NCBI GenBank assembly: GCA_040387855.1
Contig: JAZKCY010000001.1
Location: 381,857-445,856 of the forward strand
Origin: Patescibacteria group bacterium
GTDB lineage: Bacteria; Patescibacteriota; Minisyncoccia; Phycocordibacterales; JAKAEA01
Direction: 5' to 3'
Length of the DNA stretch: 64,000 bases
Positions 47,261 through 56,337 of this stretch are shown here, piece after piece (position 1 is the stretch's first letter; each line of letters opens with the position of its first letter). The notes below the pieces were generated by a model that was not told the DNA's origin, did no database searches, and was given only the letters and a program-made list of their open reading frames with translations. Both the position numbers and the translations under genes were made by a program.

Positions 47261-47905
47261 ATGAAAAATCGCAGTTCAAAAATAATAACAATAGTACTTG
47301 CTATAGTAGTAGTACTTATCGTTGGGGCATATCTTATTTACAAGTCAGTAGGTCCAAAGGTACTAGCATTCACTATAGAGCAACCATCATTGATTGCTAC
47401 AGGAAAGAAACTTTCAAATGTTGAAGTATGGGCAATTCAAAACAATGAAGGAAAAGAAGTTGCAGTAAAGCTTGGAGCCATGGAACTTCAGGAAGCAGAT
47501 GCAAATGGAAACCAGACATGGACAATGGAAGTGCCAGAAAAGCCATCAGCAGAGGTTACAAAGCTTGTCGCACGAGGTTATGCAAGTAGTTTCCGTGTTG
47601 GAACATTAGAACTTCCAGCCGCAACACCTGCAGATCTTAATGCAGAAGTATGGCCATCAAAATCAGTTGAAGGTATTACCGGAGGTATTAAATCTATTAC
47701 AGGTAAGAAAATGGAATTCGGAATGGATGTACCAGTAGGAGGAATGCTCAACGTGACCCTTGCTGACAACGTTAAAATAACCGATTCACGAGGACGACCT
47801 GCAGCAGTAAGCTTGCTTAAGCCACGAACTAGAATTGCAATTATCGGAGAATTTACAGACGATATTGAATTCATGGCAACAGCAATCGAAATTCTCGCTA
47901 AATAA
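47261..47905 (+). CDS. Membrane-anchored hypothetical protein
   Basis: N-terminal TM (IITIVLAIVVVLIVGAYLIY) followed by a soluble domain. Confidence 0.4.
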   Translation: MKNRSSKIITIVLAIVVVLIVGAYLIYKSVGPKVLAFTIEQPSLIATGKKLSNVEVWAIQNNEGKEVAVKLGAMELQEADANGNQTWTMEVPEKPSAEVTKLVARGYASSFRVGTLELPAATPADLNAEVWPSKSVEGITGGIKSITGKKMEFGMDVPVGGMLNVTLADNVKITDSRGRPAAVSLLKPRTRIAIIGEFTDDIEFMATAIEILAK

Positions 47906-47928
47906 ACCTCAAAATAACTTTAGTTTCA

Positions 47929-47962
47929 GAAAACAGCTTTACACATGAGTAAAGCTGTTTTC
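47929..47962. promoter_or_regulatory. Perfect 13-bp inverted repeat gaaaacagcttta-N8-taaagctgttttc
   Basis: Seen directly. Lies between the 47905 stop and the mraZ repeat array. No strong U-tract follows. Confidence 0.45.
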
Positions 47963-47984
47963 TATTGCCTCATTAAGCCATAAA

Positions 47985-48049
47985 GTGGATAAGTATGGTT
48001 GAGAATGGTTGAGAGTGGTATATAATGGTATGAAGTGGGATGAAGTGGT
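47985..48049 (+). promoter_or_regulatory. Array of seven GTGG(T/G)/TGGT(T/A) direct repeats at exact 10-bp phasing upstream of mraZ (candidate MraZ operator), overlapping a TATAAT box
   Basis: Motif positions 47985, 47996, 48006, 48015, 48027, 48035 and 48045. tataat at 48021-48026. mraZ starts at 48077. Confidence 0.6.
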
Positions 48050-48076
48050 ATATCCGACAAATAATAGAAACACATA

Positions 48077-48511
48077 ATGTTAATTGGCGAATATACACAC
48101 TCAATAGACGATAAGAACAGAATGTCTTTGCCAGCAAAATTCCGAAAGGAAGTTGGTAAGAAAGTCGTTCTAACTCATGGTCTAGATAATTGTTTATTCA
48201 TTTACCCACTAAAGGAATGGGAGAAGATTGCAGAGAAACTCTCTGGATTGAGTATGGGACAAGCAGATACTCGAGGGTTCAACCGATTTATGCTTGCAGG
48301 TGCAGCAGAAGTTGATGTTGATGCAGTTGGACGAATGCTTATCCCAGAGCATCTTGCCAATTTTGCAAAGCTTGAAGGAAAAGTAGTATGTGCTGGTGTG
48401 CATAACCGAATCGAATTATGGAACGAAACGACATGGATGGATTACAAGAAGAGAATTTCAGCACAAGCCGACCAACTAGCCGAAAAGCTCGGGGAGATCG
48501 GAGTATTGTAA
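48077..48511 (+). CDS. mraZ: Transcriptional regulator MraZ
   Basis: 144 aa with the duplicated MraZ domain. First gene of the dcw block. Confidence 0.9.
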   Translation: MLIGEYTHSIDDKNRMSLPAKFRKEVGKKVVLTHGLDNCLFIYPLKEWEKIAEKLSGLSMGQADTRGFNRFMLAGAAEVDVDAVGRMLIPEHLANFAKLEGKVVCAGVHNRIELWNETTWMDYKKRISAQADQLAEKLGEIGVL

Positions 48512-49416
48512 GTGCGCCATTTGGCCACATAAGTGTTCTTTTACATGAAGCAATAGATGGTTTGGACTTAAAGTCAGGCGATATCCTGCTTGATGGAACG
48601 CTCGGAAGCGGGGGACACACTGAAGGAGTGGTCAAACGACATGGAGATTCTATTAAGATAATCGCACTTGATGCAGATGAAGATGCTTTAGCTCGATCTA
48701 AAAAAAGATTGGCTGAGTATAAAAAATCTGACATTACCTTTGTTCAAGAGAATTTTAGAAATTTAGATAAAGTTCTAGATACTCTAAAAATAGAGCATGT
48801 TACTAAAGTGCTCTTGGATATCGGACTGAGTTCAAACCAATTTGAAGAGTCAGGAAGAGGATTCTCCTTCCAGAAAGATGAGCCTCTAGCTATGACTTTC
48901 AAAAAGAATCCATCTGAAGAAGATGTTACCGCACGAGTAATCGTCAATGAATGGAGTGAAGAAACACTCAATCTCATTTTGAAAGGCTATGGAGAAGAGC
49001 AGTTTGCCTACAAGATCGCAAAAGCGATTGTAGCAACACGCGAAGAATATCCCATAGAAACAACAGGAGAACTTGTAGCAATTATAGATGCTGTTGTGCC
49101 AGGGTGGTACAAGCACCGCAAAATGCATTTTGCAACAAAGACATTTCAAGCATTGCGAATTGCAGCAAATGATGAACTTAAGGCTTTGGAAGAGGGAATT
49201 AAAAAAGCCTTCGATAAATTGGAAAAAAATGGCAGATTAGCAGTCATATCATTCCATAGTTTAGAGGATCGCATCGTAAAACAATTTTTTAAACAGAAAC
49301 AAACTGAAGGTACGGCAATTCTTTTAACAAAAAAGCCAATTATACCCAGTGATGAAGAATTAGAAGTAAATAGAAGGGCACGTAGCGCAAAATTAAGAAT
49401 ATTAGTTAAACAGTAA
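48433..49416 (+). CDS. rsmH: 16S rRNA (cytosine1402-N4)-methyltransferase RsmH (MraW)
   Basis: HISVLLHEAIDGL, GTLGSGGHT and DIGLSSNQFE motifs. The exact start is uncertain: it is either the ATG at 48433 overlapping mraZ, or a non-ATG start near 48512. Confidence 0.85.
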   Translation: MDGLQEENFSTSRPTSRKARGDRSIVSAPFGHISVLLHEAIDGLDLKSGDILLDGTLGSGGHTEGVVKRHGDSIKIIALDADEDALARSKKRLAEYKKSDITFVQENFRNLDKVLDTLKIEHVTKVLLDIGLSSNQFEESGRGFSFQKDEPLAMTFKKNPSEEDVTARVIVNEWSEETLNLILKGYGEEQFAYKIAKAIVATREEYPIETTGELVAIIDAVVPGWYKHRKMHFATKTFQALRIAANDELKALEEGIKKAFDKLEKNGRLAVISFHSLEDRIVKQFFKQKQTEGTAILLTKKPIIPSDEELEVNRRARSAKLRILVKQ

Positions 49417-49420
49417 GCAT

Positions 49421-49750
49421 ATGAACTCACGAACAAAAACATTAAGTGTACCAGTATGGCATAAAGTTAGTACAAAGGTTCTTTTCTTTGTTCTTGCAAG
49501 CTGTCTTGTAACCGTGTTTGCTGTGTATGCTTTTATGGTGAATAAAACCATTATGAATGTGGTAGCTCGAGAAGATCTTGAGCAAGAAATTGCAAACCTA
49601 TCTTCAACAATAGGAGAACTTGAATTTAAATATATGAGTGTGAAGAGCAAAGTAACTCTTGATCTCGCATATGAAAAAGGATTTCAGGATGCTGTGCCAT
49701 CACAGTTTGTATCACGAACTGGTCCTGCACTTTCATACAACACTCGATAA
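49421..49750 (+). CDS. ftsL: Cell division protein FtsL-like (bitopic, coiled coil)
   Basis: 109 aa with a single TM and a coiled coil. Lies between rsmH and ftsI. Confidence 0.6.
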   Translation: MNSRTKTLSVPVWHKVSTKVLFFVLASCLVTVFAVYAFMVNKTIMNVVAREDLEQEIANLSSTIGELEFKYMSVKSKVTLDLAYEKGFQDAVPSQFVSRTGPALSYNTR

Positions 49751-49777
49751 TAGTCCGTGGTATACTAAAAGGGTATT

Positions 49778-51484
49778 ATGAGCTCCAACGTAACAAGAAT
49801 TCGACTTATTTCTATTGCAGTAATTATTTTTGCTGGAATGCTTGTTACAAAACTATATTATGTTCAAATCGTATCAGGTGATACGTTTTCAGAGCGTGCA
49901 GATCGACAATATACTCGTCCAGTTGGAGGGGTTTTTAATCGTGGAACAGTTTTCTTCCAAGCAAAAGATGGAACACTTATGGCAGCAGCGTCACTTAAGA
50001 CTGGATACACTGTTGCAGTAAATCCAAAGCTTTTAAAAAAGCCAGATGAAGTATATGAAAAAATAAATAAACTTTTACCACTTGAAAAAGAACTTTTTAT
50101 TACTAAAGCTACAAAGTTGAATGATCCTTATGAAGAAATTGCAAAGAGAATAGAACCTGATGTTGCTGTTTCTATAGATAATTTAAATATCCCAGGTGTA
50201 AATATTTATAAAGAAAAATGGAGATACTATCCGGGTGAAAATTTGGCATCACAAGTCTTAGGCTTCGTGGGTTTTAAAGGTGATTCACTCGGTGGACGAT
50301 ACGGTCTTGAAAATCAGTATGAAAGTGTACTAAAGCGAACTGATGAAAATGTGTATGTAAACTTTTTTGCTGAAATCTTTTCAGATATTCATAAAACCTT
50401 TACTGATACAGGTACAATAGAAGGAGATATTACATCAACTATAGAACCAAATGTTCAAACTTTCGTTGAAAAAGAATTGAAAGAACTAAATGAGAAGTTC
50501 AACTCAAAGCTTACTGGGGGAATCGTGATAGACCCAAATACTGGCGAGATAGTTTCAATGGCTGCATATCCTAGCTACAATCCAAATTCATTCCAAACCG
50601 AAAAGAATGTAGGTGTGTTTACAAACCCAATGGTACAAAATGTGTACGAAATGGGTTCTATTGTAAAACCTCTCACCGTAGCTGCGGGAATCGATTCAGG
50701 TGCTATTACTGCAGATACTACCTATTATGATGCAGGTTTTCTAACTATGAATGGTAAGACTATTTATAACTACGATAAAAAAGGAAGAGGTACGGTAGAC
50801 ATGCAGCAAGTGCTCAATAAGTCTCTCAACACTGGTGTATCGTTTATAGTTAAAAAAATGGGGAATAAAAAGTTCTCACAGTATATGCTTGATTTTGGTT
50901 TGGGCGAGAGAACAGGAATAGATTTACCAAACGAATCAAAAGGATTGGTTGAAAACCTAAAGAGTACTCGAGATATCGAACATGCCACTGCGTCATTCGG
51001 GCAAGGTATTGCTATGAGCCCAATTGCTATTACACGCGCACTTTCAACCTTAGCAAACGGAGGAAAATTAATTACTCCCCATGTTGTAAAAAAGATTGAT
51101 TACAAAGTGGGTTTTTCAAAAGAGATTACGTATCCTGAAGGTAAACAAGTGTTAAAGCCTGAAACATCAAAAGAAATATCTCGTATGCTTACCGAAGTCG
51201 TAGACAAAGCTTTGCTTGAAGGTAAAGTAAAAATGGATAATTATTCTATTGCTGCAAAAACCGGAACTGCTCAAATCGCAAACGGAGGAAGTAGAGGATA
51301 TACCGATGAGAAATATCTCCACTCATTCTTTGGATATTTCCCAGCAACTAATCCCAAATTTTTAGTTTTCTTGTATACTGTAGAGCCTCAGGGTGTGGAA
51401 TATGCCTCAAACTCTCTGACTGAGCCGTTTGTGGATATTACTAAATACTTGATAAACTATTACGAAGTACCACCAGACAGATAA
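49778..51484 (+). CDS. ftsI: Peptidoglycan D,D-transpeptidase FtsI (PBP3-class)
   Basis: GSIVKPL (SxxK), SLNTG (SxN) and KTGTAQ motifs. N-terminal TM. Confidence 0.85.
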   Translation: MSSNVTRIRLISIAVIIFAGMLVTKLYYVQIVSGDTFSERADRQYTRPVGGVFNRGTVFFQAKDGTLMAAASLKTGYTVAVNPKLLKKPDEVYEKINKLLPLEKELFITKATKLNDPYEEIAKRIEPDVAVSIDNLNIPGVNIYKEKWRYYPGENLASQVLGFVGFKGDSLGGRYGLENQYESVLKRTDENVYVNFFAEIFSDIHKTFTDTGTIEGDITSTIEPNVQTFVEKELKELNEKFNSKLTGGIVIDPNTGEIVSMAAYPSYNPNSFQTEKNVGVFTNPMVQNVYEMGSIVKPLTVAAGIDSGAITADTTYYDAGFLTMNGKTIYNYDKKGRGTVDMQQVLNKSLNTGVSFIVKKMGNKKFSQYMLDFGLGERTGIDLPNESKGLVENLKSTRDIEHATASFGQGIAMSPIAITRALSTLANGGKLITPHVVKKIDYKVGFSKEITYPEGKQVLKPETSKEISRMLTEVVDKALLEGKVKMDNYSIAAKTGTAQIANGGSRGYTDEKYLHSFFGYFPATNPKFLVFLYTVEPQGVEYASNSLTEPFVDITKYLINYYEVPPDR

Positions 51485-51502
51485 TTCCAGATAATAAATC
51501 AT

Positions 51503-52813
51503 ATGAAAACGTTATTTAAGAAAGCAGTTATTTCTATTCTTAGTTGGGAGGCTCGGATGGTTTTGAAGAAATATAAACCAAAGATTGTAGGAGTAACCGG
51601 ATCAGTTGGAAAGACTTCTACAAAAGATGCTATTTACACAGTCCTTTCAGCAAAATTTAAAACTCGAAAAAGTCAGAAAAGCTTTAATAGCGAATTTGGA
51701 GTGCCGCTTACAATTTTAGGATTGCCAAATGGTTGGAATAATCCTTTTATTTGGTTGCTAAATATTATAGAGGGATTTTTGTTTTTTGTTTTGCCATTTA
51801 AATATCCCGAGTGGCTCGTACTTGAGATTGGAGCTGACATGCCTGGTGATATTAAGAAAATTACTGAATGGGTAAAACCTGATGTTTCTGTTATTACTCG
51901 TTTTGGAGATGTTCCTGTGCATGTGGAATTTTTCCCATCTATTGAAGATCTCATAAATGAAAAGGGGCATCTTGCACGAGCATTAAAGCCAGATGGAACT
52001 CTTATTTTAAATAATGATGACAAGCGTGTTATTGCTTTTGGTGAAAGTGATCTCCATAAAAAAATTACCTATGGTAGAGAATTTGGTGCACAGGTACATG
52101 CAACAGATGAACGAATTGCTTACAAGAAATATGAAAATTCAGAATTAGAATTTCCAGAGGGAATTAATTTTAAGATTAATCATGCAGGCACAAGCATACC
52201 GGCATATGTGCATGAGACACTGGGATATCAGCACATGTATCCCATCTTAGCAGCAACTGCTGTGGGTATTTCACAAGGGATGAATCTTGTTGAAATTTCA
52301 GAAGCACTAGAAAATCATCAGTCACCAAAAGGACGAATGCGGCTTATTGCAGGAAACAGAGATACTCTTATTGTAGACGATACCTACAACTCTTCTCCTG
52401 TGGCTGCTCATGCTGCACTTGAAGCACTTACTGAACTTAAACTTGCTGGAAGAAAAATCGCTGTTCTTGGAGACATGATGGAGCTTGGTGATTATTCAAT
52501 TGATGAACATAAAAAGATAGGGGAAGCAGCTGCAAAGACTGTTGATTTGTTTGTGGCTGTGGGTATTCGAATGCGAGGTGCTGCAGAGGCTGCGCTTGAT
52601 GCACAGATGGATGAAATGAGTGTTATGCAGTTTGATACATCAGTTGAAGCCGCACAGTTCTTAGAGAAAATAATTAAGCCCGGAGATATTGTGCTTATTA
52701 AAGGCTCTCAGTCTATGCGTATGGAACGAGCAGTAGAAGAAATCATGAGACATCCAGAACATGCAGAAGATCTCTTAGTACGCCAGGATAAACAGTGGAT
52801 TGCTAAAAAGTAG
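51503..52813 (+). CDS. murF: UDP-N-acetylmuramoyl-tripeptide--D-alanyl-D-alanine ligase MurF
   Basis: VGVTGSVGKTSTKD P-loop and the Mur ligase middle and C-terminal domains. Confidence 0.85.
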   Translation: MKTLFKKAVISILSWEARMVLKKYKPKIVGVTGSVGKTSTKDAIYTVLSAKFKTRKSQKSFNSEFGVPLTILGLPNGWNNPFIWLLNIIEGFLFFVLPFKYPEWLVLEIGADMPGDIKKITEWVKPDVSVITRFGDVPVHVEFFPSIEDLINEKGHLARALKPDGTLILNNDDKRVIAFGESDLHKKITYGREFGAQVHATDERIAYKKYENSELEFPEGINFKINHAGTSIPAYVHETLGYQHMYPILAATAVGISQGMNLVEISEALENHQSPKGRMRLIAGNRDTLIVDDTYNSSPVAAHAALEALTELKLAGRKIAVLGDMMELGDYSIDEHKKIGEAAAKTVDLFVAVGIRMRGAAEAALDAQMDEMSVMQFDTSVEAAQFLEKIIKPGDIVLIKGSQSMRMERAVEEIMRHPEHAEDLLVRQDKQWIAKK

Positions 52814-52857
52814 TTTTTTAGGTAGTTTTACATAATGACTTGCTAAGCAGGTCTAAG

Positions 52858-52929
52858 GGCCTCATCGTCTAACGGTTAGGACAGAAGCTTCTCAAGCTTT
52901 AAATCGGGGTTCGATTCCCCGTGAGGTCA
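52858..52929 (+). tRNA. tRNA-Glu (anticodon CUC)
   Basis: Hand fold. Acceptor GGCCUCA/UGAGGUC with one G-U pair. Anticodon stem GAAGC/GCUUU. Loop UUCUCAA. T arm CGGGG-UUCGAUU-CCCCG. Discriminator A. Confidence 0.75.
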
Positions 52930-52976
52930 CATTTACTCTCAAAATCACATCAGTATGGGTGTGCTATACTTCACCC

Positions 52977-54209
52977 ATGCCTGATAAGTCTCCTACAGAA
53001 AAACAGCGAGAAATGAGAGATAAGATAGTCGGAGATCAAAAGCGCCTAGGTGCTGTTGAGCAAACGACCCTTGTTAATTCCATCGAGGAAGAGTCATTCG
53101 ATCGTCTCACACGCCTTGCTTCAAAGCTATTAAAGACTCCTGTCTCATTTGTTACGCTTCTCGAAAAAGATCGTGATTTTGTGAAGAGTCATTATGGTCT
53201 GCCTCAGCCTATTTCAGAAAGCCGAGAAATTACTGCTCATCCTTCTTTTTGCCAACATATAATCACTCATCGTGAGCCTCTTATTATTGAAGATGCTCGT
53301 ACTTCTGAAATATTTAAAGATTTTCCATCTGTTAAACACATGGGTGTTGTGGCATATGCGGGAATGCCACTTATCACTCCTGAAGGGTATGCACTAGGTA
53401 CATGCTGTGTTCTTGATTTCAAAAAACGAAGTTGGACCGATGATGAAATTGAAATTCTCTCCGAGCTCACTAAATCAGTTTTAACTGAAATAGAATTGCG
53501 TAAACTTACTGTGAAACTTGAGAAAGAGACCGCTACAAAAGATGAATTCATTTCTATTGCTGCTCATGAGTTGAAGACACCTTTAACCAGTCTTAAAATG
53601 TTTTCTCAACTTTTACATAAAAAGATGATTATGGAGAAAGAAGAGCGTTTTATACCTGAGGTCAAAAAAATTGATGGGCAAGTCACAAAGATTCATAGTC
53701 TCATTTCACAGCTTTTTGATACAAGCTCAATGCAGAGAAGCAACATTTCCCTGCAAAAAAATGATGTAATTATTAATGAACTTATTGAAAAGACCGTAGA
53801 AGAATTTGTTGGCGATACATCAGAAGGGAAGCCCCCAATTATATTCACTACACAAGCTCTCTTTACCGTTTGCGTTGATCAAGATCGAATTACTCAGGTA
53901 GTAAGAAATTTACTTTCAAACGCGTTTAAGTATGCGCCGCATTCACAAAAAATTGATATTACTATTGAAGAAATAGATTCTCGTATAAAAGTATCTGTAA
54001 AAGATTATGGTCCAGGTATTTCAGAAGTTGAATCAAAAAAGATTTTTGATCGATTTTATCAAGTAAAAAATCCTAATGATCATGTGCCTGTCGGATTAGG
54101 ACTTGGATTGTATATTTGTGCAACGATTATTCAGGCGCATGGTGGTGTACTTGGTGTGGAAAGTGAGTTGGGTAAAGGTTCTACCTTTTATTTTACACTG
54201 CCAAAATAG
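52977..54209 (+). CDS. Cytoplasmic sensor histidine kinase with N-terminal GAF domain (orphan, no response regulator nearby)
   Basis: GAF-like region, HisKA H-box (AAHELKTPLTSL) and HATPase_c G-boxes (GLGLGLYIC...GKGSTFYFTLP). No TM. Start could be the GTG at 52959. Confidence 0.75.
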   Translation: MPDKSPTEKQREMRDKIVGDQKRLGAVEQTTLVNSIEEESFDRLTRLASKLLKTPVSFVTLLEKDRDFVKSHYGLPQPISESREITAHPSFCQHIITHREPLIIEDARTSEIFKDFPSVKHMGVVAYAGMPLITPEGYALGTCCVLDFKKRSWTDDEIEILSELTKSVLTEIELRKLTVKLEKETATKDEFISIAAHELKTPLTSLKMFSQLLHKKMIMEKEERFIPEVKKIDGQVTKIHSLISQLFDTSSMQRSNISLQKNDVIINELIEKTVEEFVGDTSEGKPPIIFTTQALFTVCVDQDRITQVVRNLLSNAFKYAPHSQKIDITIEEIDSRIKVSVKDYGPGISEVESKKIFDRFYQVKNPNDHVPVGLGLGLYICATIIQAHGGVLGVESELGKGSTFYFTLPK

Positions 54210-54326
54210 TTTGTTGAAGTTTGATTTTATTCTTCTATTTAGATACTCTAGCCTACAGAGTCGAGCAATCGACAAAGCTTTTGTACGCAGCTTGAAGCGT
54301 ACCGTTTGACAAGGAAAGGAAACGAC

Positions 54327-55010
54327 ATGTTTCCACAGAGAATTCGTGACCAACGGGGGTGGATCAAGGTGTATGAGGAACAGGGGGCCTACTGGCGACA
54401 CAATGGCCATGCCACTGCTCCTCATGCACTCCTCACAAAGGGAGATCACTCTGACGGTTTCTTTTTGAGCAGACTTGTCACGGATGACGATACGTTGCTG
54501 GGTGAAGCGTCCTCAGATCTGATGGACGCTTCGCGTGAGATTCTTGATCTGTGGAAGGTTAAGCGGATCGTAGGGCCTCAAACCGGCGCGACCAAACTCG
54601 CCCAAGCAGTCGCTGGGAAGATGCTGTTGGTCACCGGCAACAGCGTCGGTTGGGCTTCGCCAAAGAAGCCTGATGATGGCAAAGGCCCGATGACCTTCGA
54701 CGATCCTGCCAACATGGTCATGCCGGGGGAGATCGTCCTTCTCTGCGAGGACGTGGTGACCACTGGCGGTAGCGTGAAGCAGGCTGCCGATGCTGTCACG
54801 GCTGCAGGTGGGATCGTCCTGCCGTTTGTCCTTTCCCTCGTGAATCGTGGAGGACTTGAAGTTGCCCACGGTCGGAAGGTGATCGCGCTCATCAATCAGC
54901 CGATGAAGACTTGGTCACCGGCCGACTGCCCGTTGTGCCCGCGTTCCGAGGCGATCAGTCCCAAGCGCCCGGATGGCAATTGGCTTCGTCTCACCAAACA
55001 TGCTGCCTGA
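54327..55010 (+). CDS. Type I phosphoribosyltransferase (orotate PRTase-like) encoded in a ~60% GC islet
   Basis: PRPP-binding motif IVLLCEDVVTTGGSV. Overall orotate-PRTase-like order. AAGGAAAGGA is the SD. GC-rich third codon positions. Confidence 0.6.
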   Translation: MFPQRIRDQRGWIKVYEEQGAYWRHNGHATAPHALLTKGDHSDGFFLSRLVTDDDTLLGEASSDLMDASREILDLWKVKRIVGPQTGATKLAQAVAGKMLLVTGNSVGWASPKKPDDGKGPMTFDDPANMVMPGEIVLLCEDVVTTGGSVKQAADAVTAAGGIVLPFVLSLVNRGGLEVAHGRKVIALINQPMKTWSPADCPLCPRSEAISPKRPDGNWLRLTKHAA

Positions 55011-55056
55011 CAACAGGTGGTTTTTTTATTATCTAAATAGAAGCTATACTATCCTT

Positions 55057-55587
55057 ATGAATTACATCTATCACTGGGTGCCAGAAGATATGCAAGGAGA
55101 TACACTTTATCCATTAAATATACTAAAAGATCTCCATCCAGATTTGTATGCAACAGAAGCTTTAAAATATACAGGACGTGAACGAGTAATGCAGCAACAA
55201 ATTCCAATACTCAATTGTTTATGGAATGATGTTATTCATTTTTCTCCCATTCATCCATGGATAATTAAACAAGCACTTATTGATGCAGGAAGAACAAAAT
55301 CATTTACAACAAGTTTTTTTGAAATTGATCCACACCTTTTAACTCCAGAAAATACTATTGTCTATTTACATAAACACACGGACAAAACACATAAAATGAC
55401 TGAAGAGAACTTTGCCAAATTTGATCCAGATAATGTTGGTCAGTATGCAGAGCTTCCTCAAGTTACAAAAGACTACTATAAAGAAATGTATGGAAAAGGG
55501 GAGCGACCACTATTATTTGTAGGAGTACCGCATATTTTATATAAAGGTTCTATTAATACTAATGAAATAAAAAGAATCAGCTTGTAA
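55057..55587 (+). CDS. Hypothetical protein (host-like low GC) between two GC-rich islets
   Basis: 176-aa ORF. No domain recognised. Confidence 0.4.
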   Translation: MNYIYHWVPEDMQGDTLYPLNILKDLHPDLYATEALKYTGRERVMQQQIPILNCLWNDVIHFSPIHPWIIKQALIDAGRTKSFTTSFFEIDPHLLTPENTIVYLHKHTDKTHKMTEENFAKFDPDNVGQYAELPQVTKDYYKEMYGKGERPLLFVGVPHILYKGSINTNEIKRISL

Positions 55588-55591
55588 TGTT

Positions 55592-55619
55592 TTGACAGTA
55601 AAGGTAGATATGGTATAAA
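55592..55619 (+). promoter_or_regulatory. Near-consensus sigma70-type promoter TTGACA-N16-TATAAA (extended TGg) driving the GC-rich ORF at 55643
   Basis: ttgaca at 55592-55597 and tggtataaa at 55611-55619. Followed by AAAGGAG-N7-ATG. Confidence 0.5.
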
Positions 55620-55642
55620 GCAGGCTGAAAGGAGAACCTTCC

Positions 55643-56035
55643 ATGGCTAAAAAGCCTGCTGCTCGCGTTCGTCGTGGAGTAGACTTCGTCGAACAAATGA
55701 GGGTGTTACTCGCTAATGCAAAGTTCGAGGCTGGAAACGTCTACCATCGAACGGCTGTCGATGTCCTCGTGCTCATAGACGATGCTCGACAGCCGCGAAG
55801 CGAAGACCCATTACCCATTGTTAGGGTAAAGTGCAATGCACGATCCAGGAGGATCGCTGATTGGCTCGGGCTCGAGGTTGCACTTTTTTCAGTTGAGCAA
55901 AAAGCTGTCGTTGCCACAGGGACACTCAACATCGATGGTGAAGTGTGTTTTCGGAACACTAAGCCAGGTGCATATGAGCTTCGACCGTGGTCTGTTGAGC
56001 AAAATACATCCGTCCCCCCAGAGGTTAATTCTTAG
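55643..56035 (+). CDS. Hypothetical protein encoded in a ~55-58% GC islet
   Basis: 130 aa. Strong SD. High-GC codon usage. No recognisable domain. Confidence 0.45.
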   Translation: MAKKPAARVRRGVDFVEQMRVLLANAKFEAGNVYHRTAVDVLVLIDDARQPRSEDPLPIVRVKCNARSRRIADWLGLEVALFSVEQKAVVATGTLNIDGEVCFRNTKPGAYELRPWSVEQNTSVPPEVNS

Positions 56036-56152
56036 GGTGGCGGTTTTTTTATTGACATCCTACTCAACGATACGATACACTTATTTATAAGTATGAAAAC
56101 ATACGCACAACATTTTGGTTTTGCCGTCCGACCCGTCTTTATTCCTATCCAT

Positions 56153-56236
56153 GGGAGATGTTTTGCTGTATATAAAAACTAATTTTGTTTTAAATATAAT
56201 TTTTAGAAACATCTCCCGCAAGGAGATGTTTTTGTT
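56153..56236 (+). promoter_or_regulatory. Three copies of the GGAGATGTTTT element arranged as mutually exclusive hairpins (A ... A' loop A + T-run): attenuator-like leader or terminator
   Basis: gggagatgtttt at 56153-64. Its complement aaacatctccc is at 56206-16. ggagatgttttt at 56222-33 is followed by gttt. The A'-A pairing makes a 10-bp stem with a cgcaa loop and a U-tract. Confidence 0.45.
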
Positions 56237-56337
56237 TGGAATATGTGCGGTACTTGAGGTAATGCATATGTTCCAGACTGGATGTTTGGAGTTTGCAACG
56301 TAGCAAGCTTGTTCTTTCAATCAGATTGGAGTACGTC

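Noticed and set aside
48339-49650. Minus-strand ORFs overlapping mraZ/rsmH (131, 77, 87, 98 and 82 aa)
   Set aside because: All are antisense to well-conserved dcw genes.
54096-54449. 117-aa minus-strand ORF and 68-aa plus-strand ORF spanning the histidine kinase end and PRTase start
   Set aside because: They overlap the conserved HATPase_c C-terminus and the PRTase upstream region. No RBS. Shadow frames.
54513-54895. Two minus-strand ORFs (118 and 105 aa) inside the GC-rich PRTase islet
   Set aside because: Antisense frames of GC-rich DNA. The plus-strand frame contains the PRPP-binding motif.
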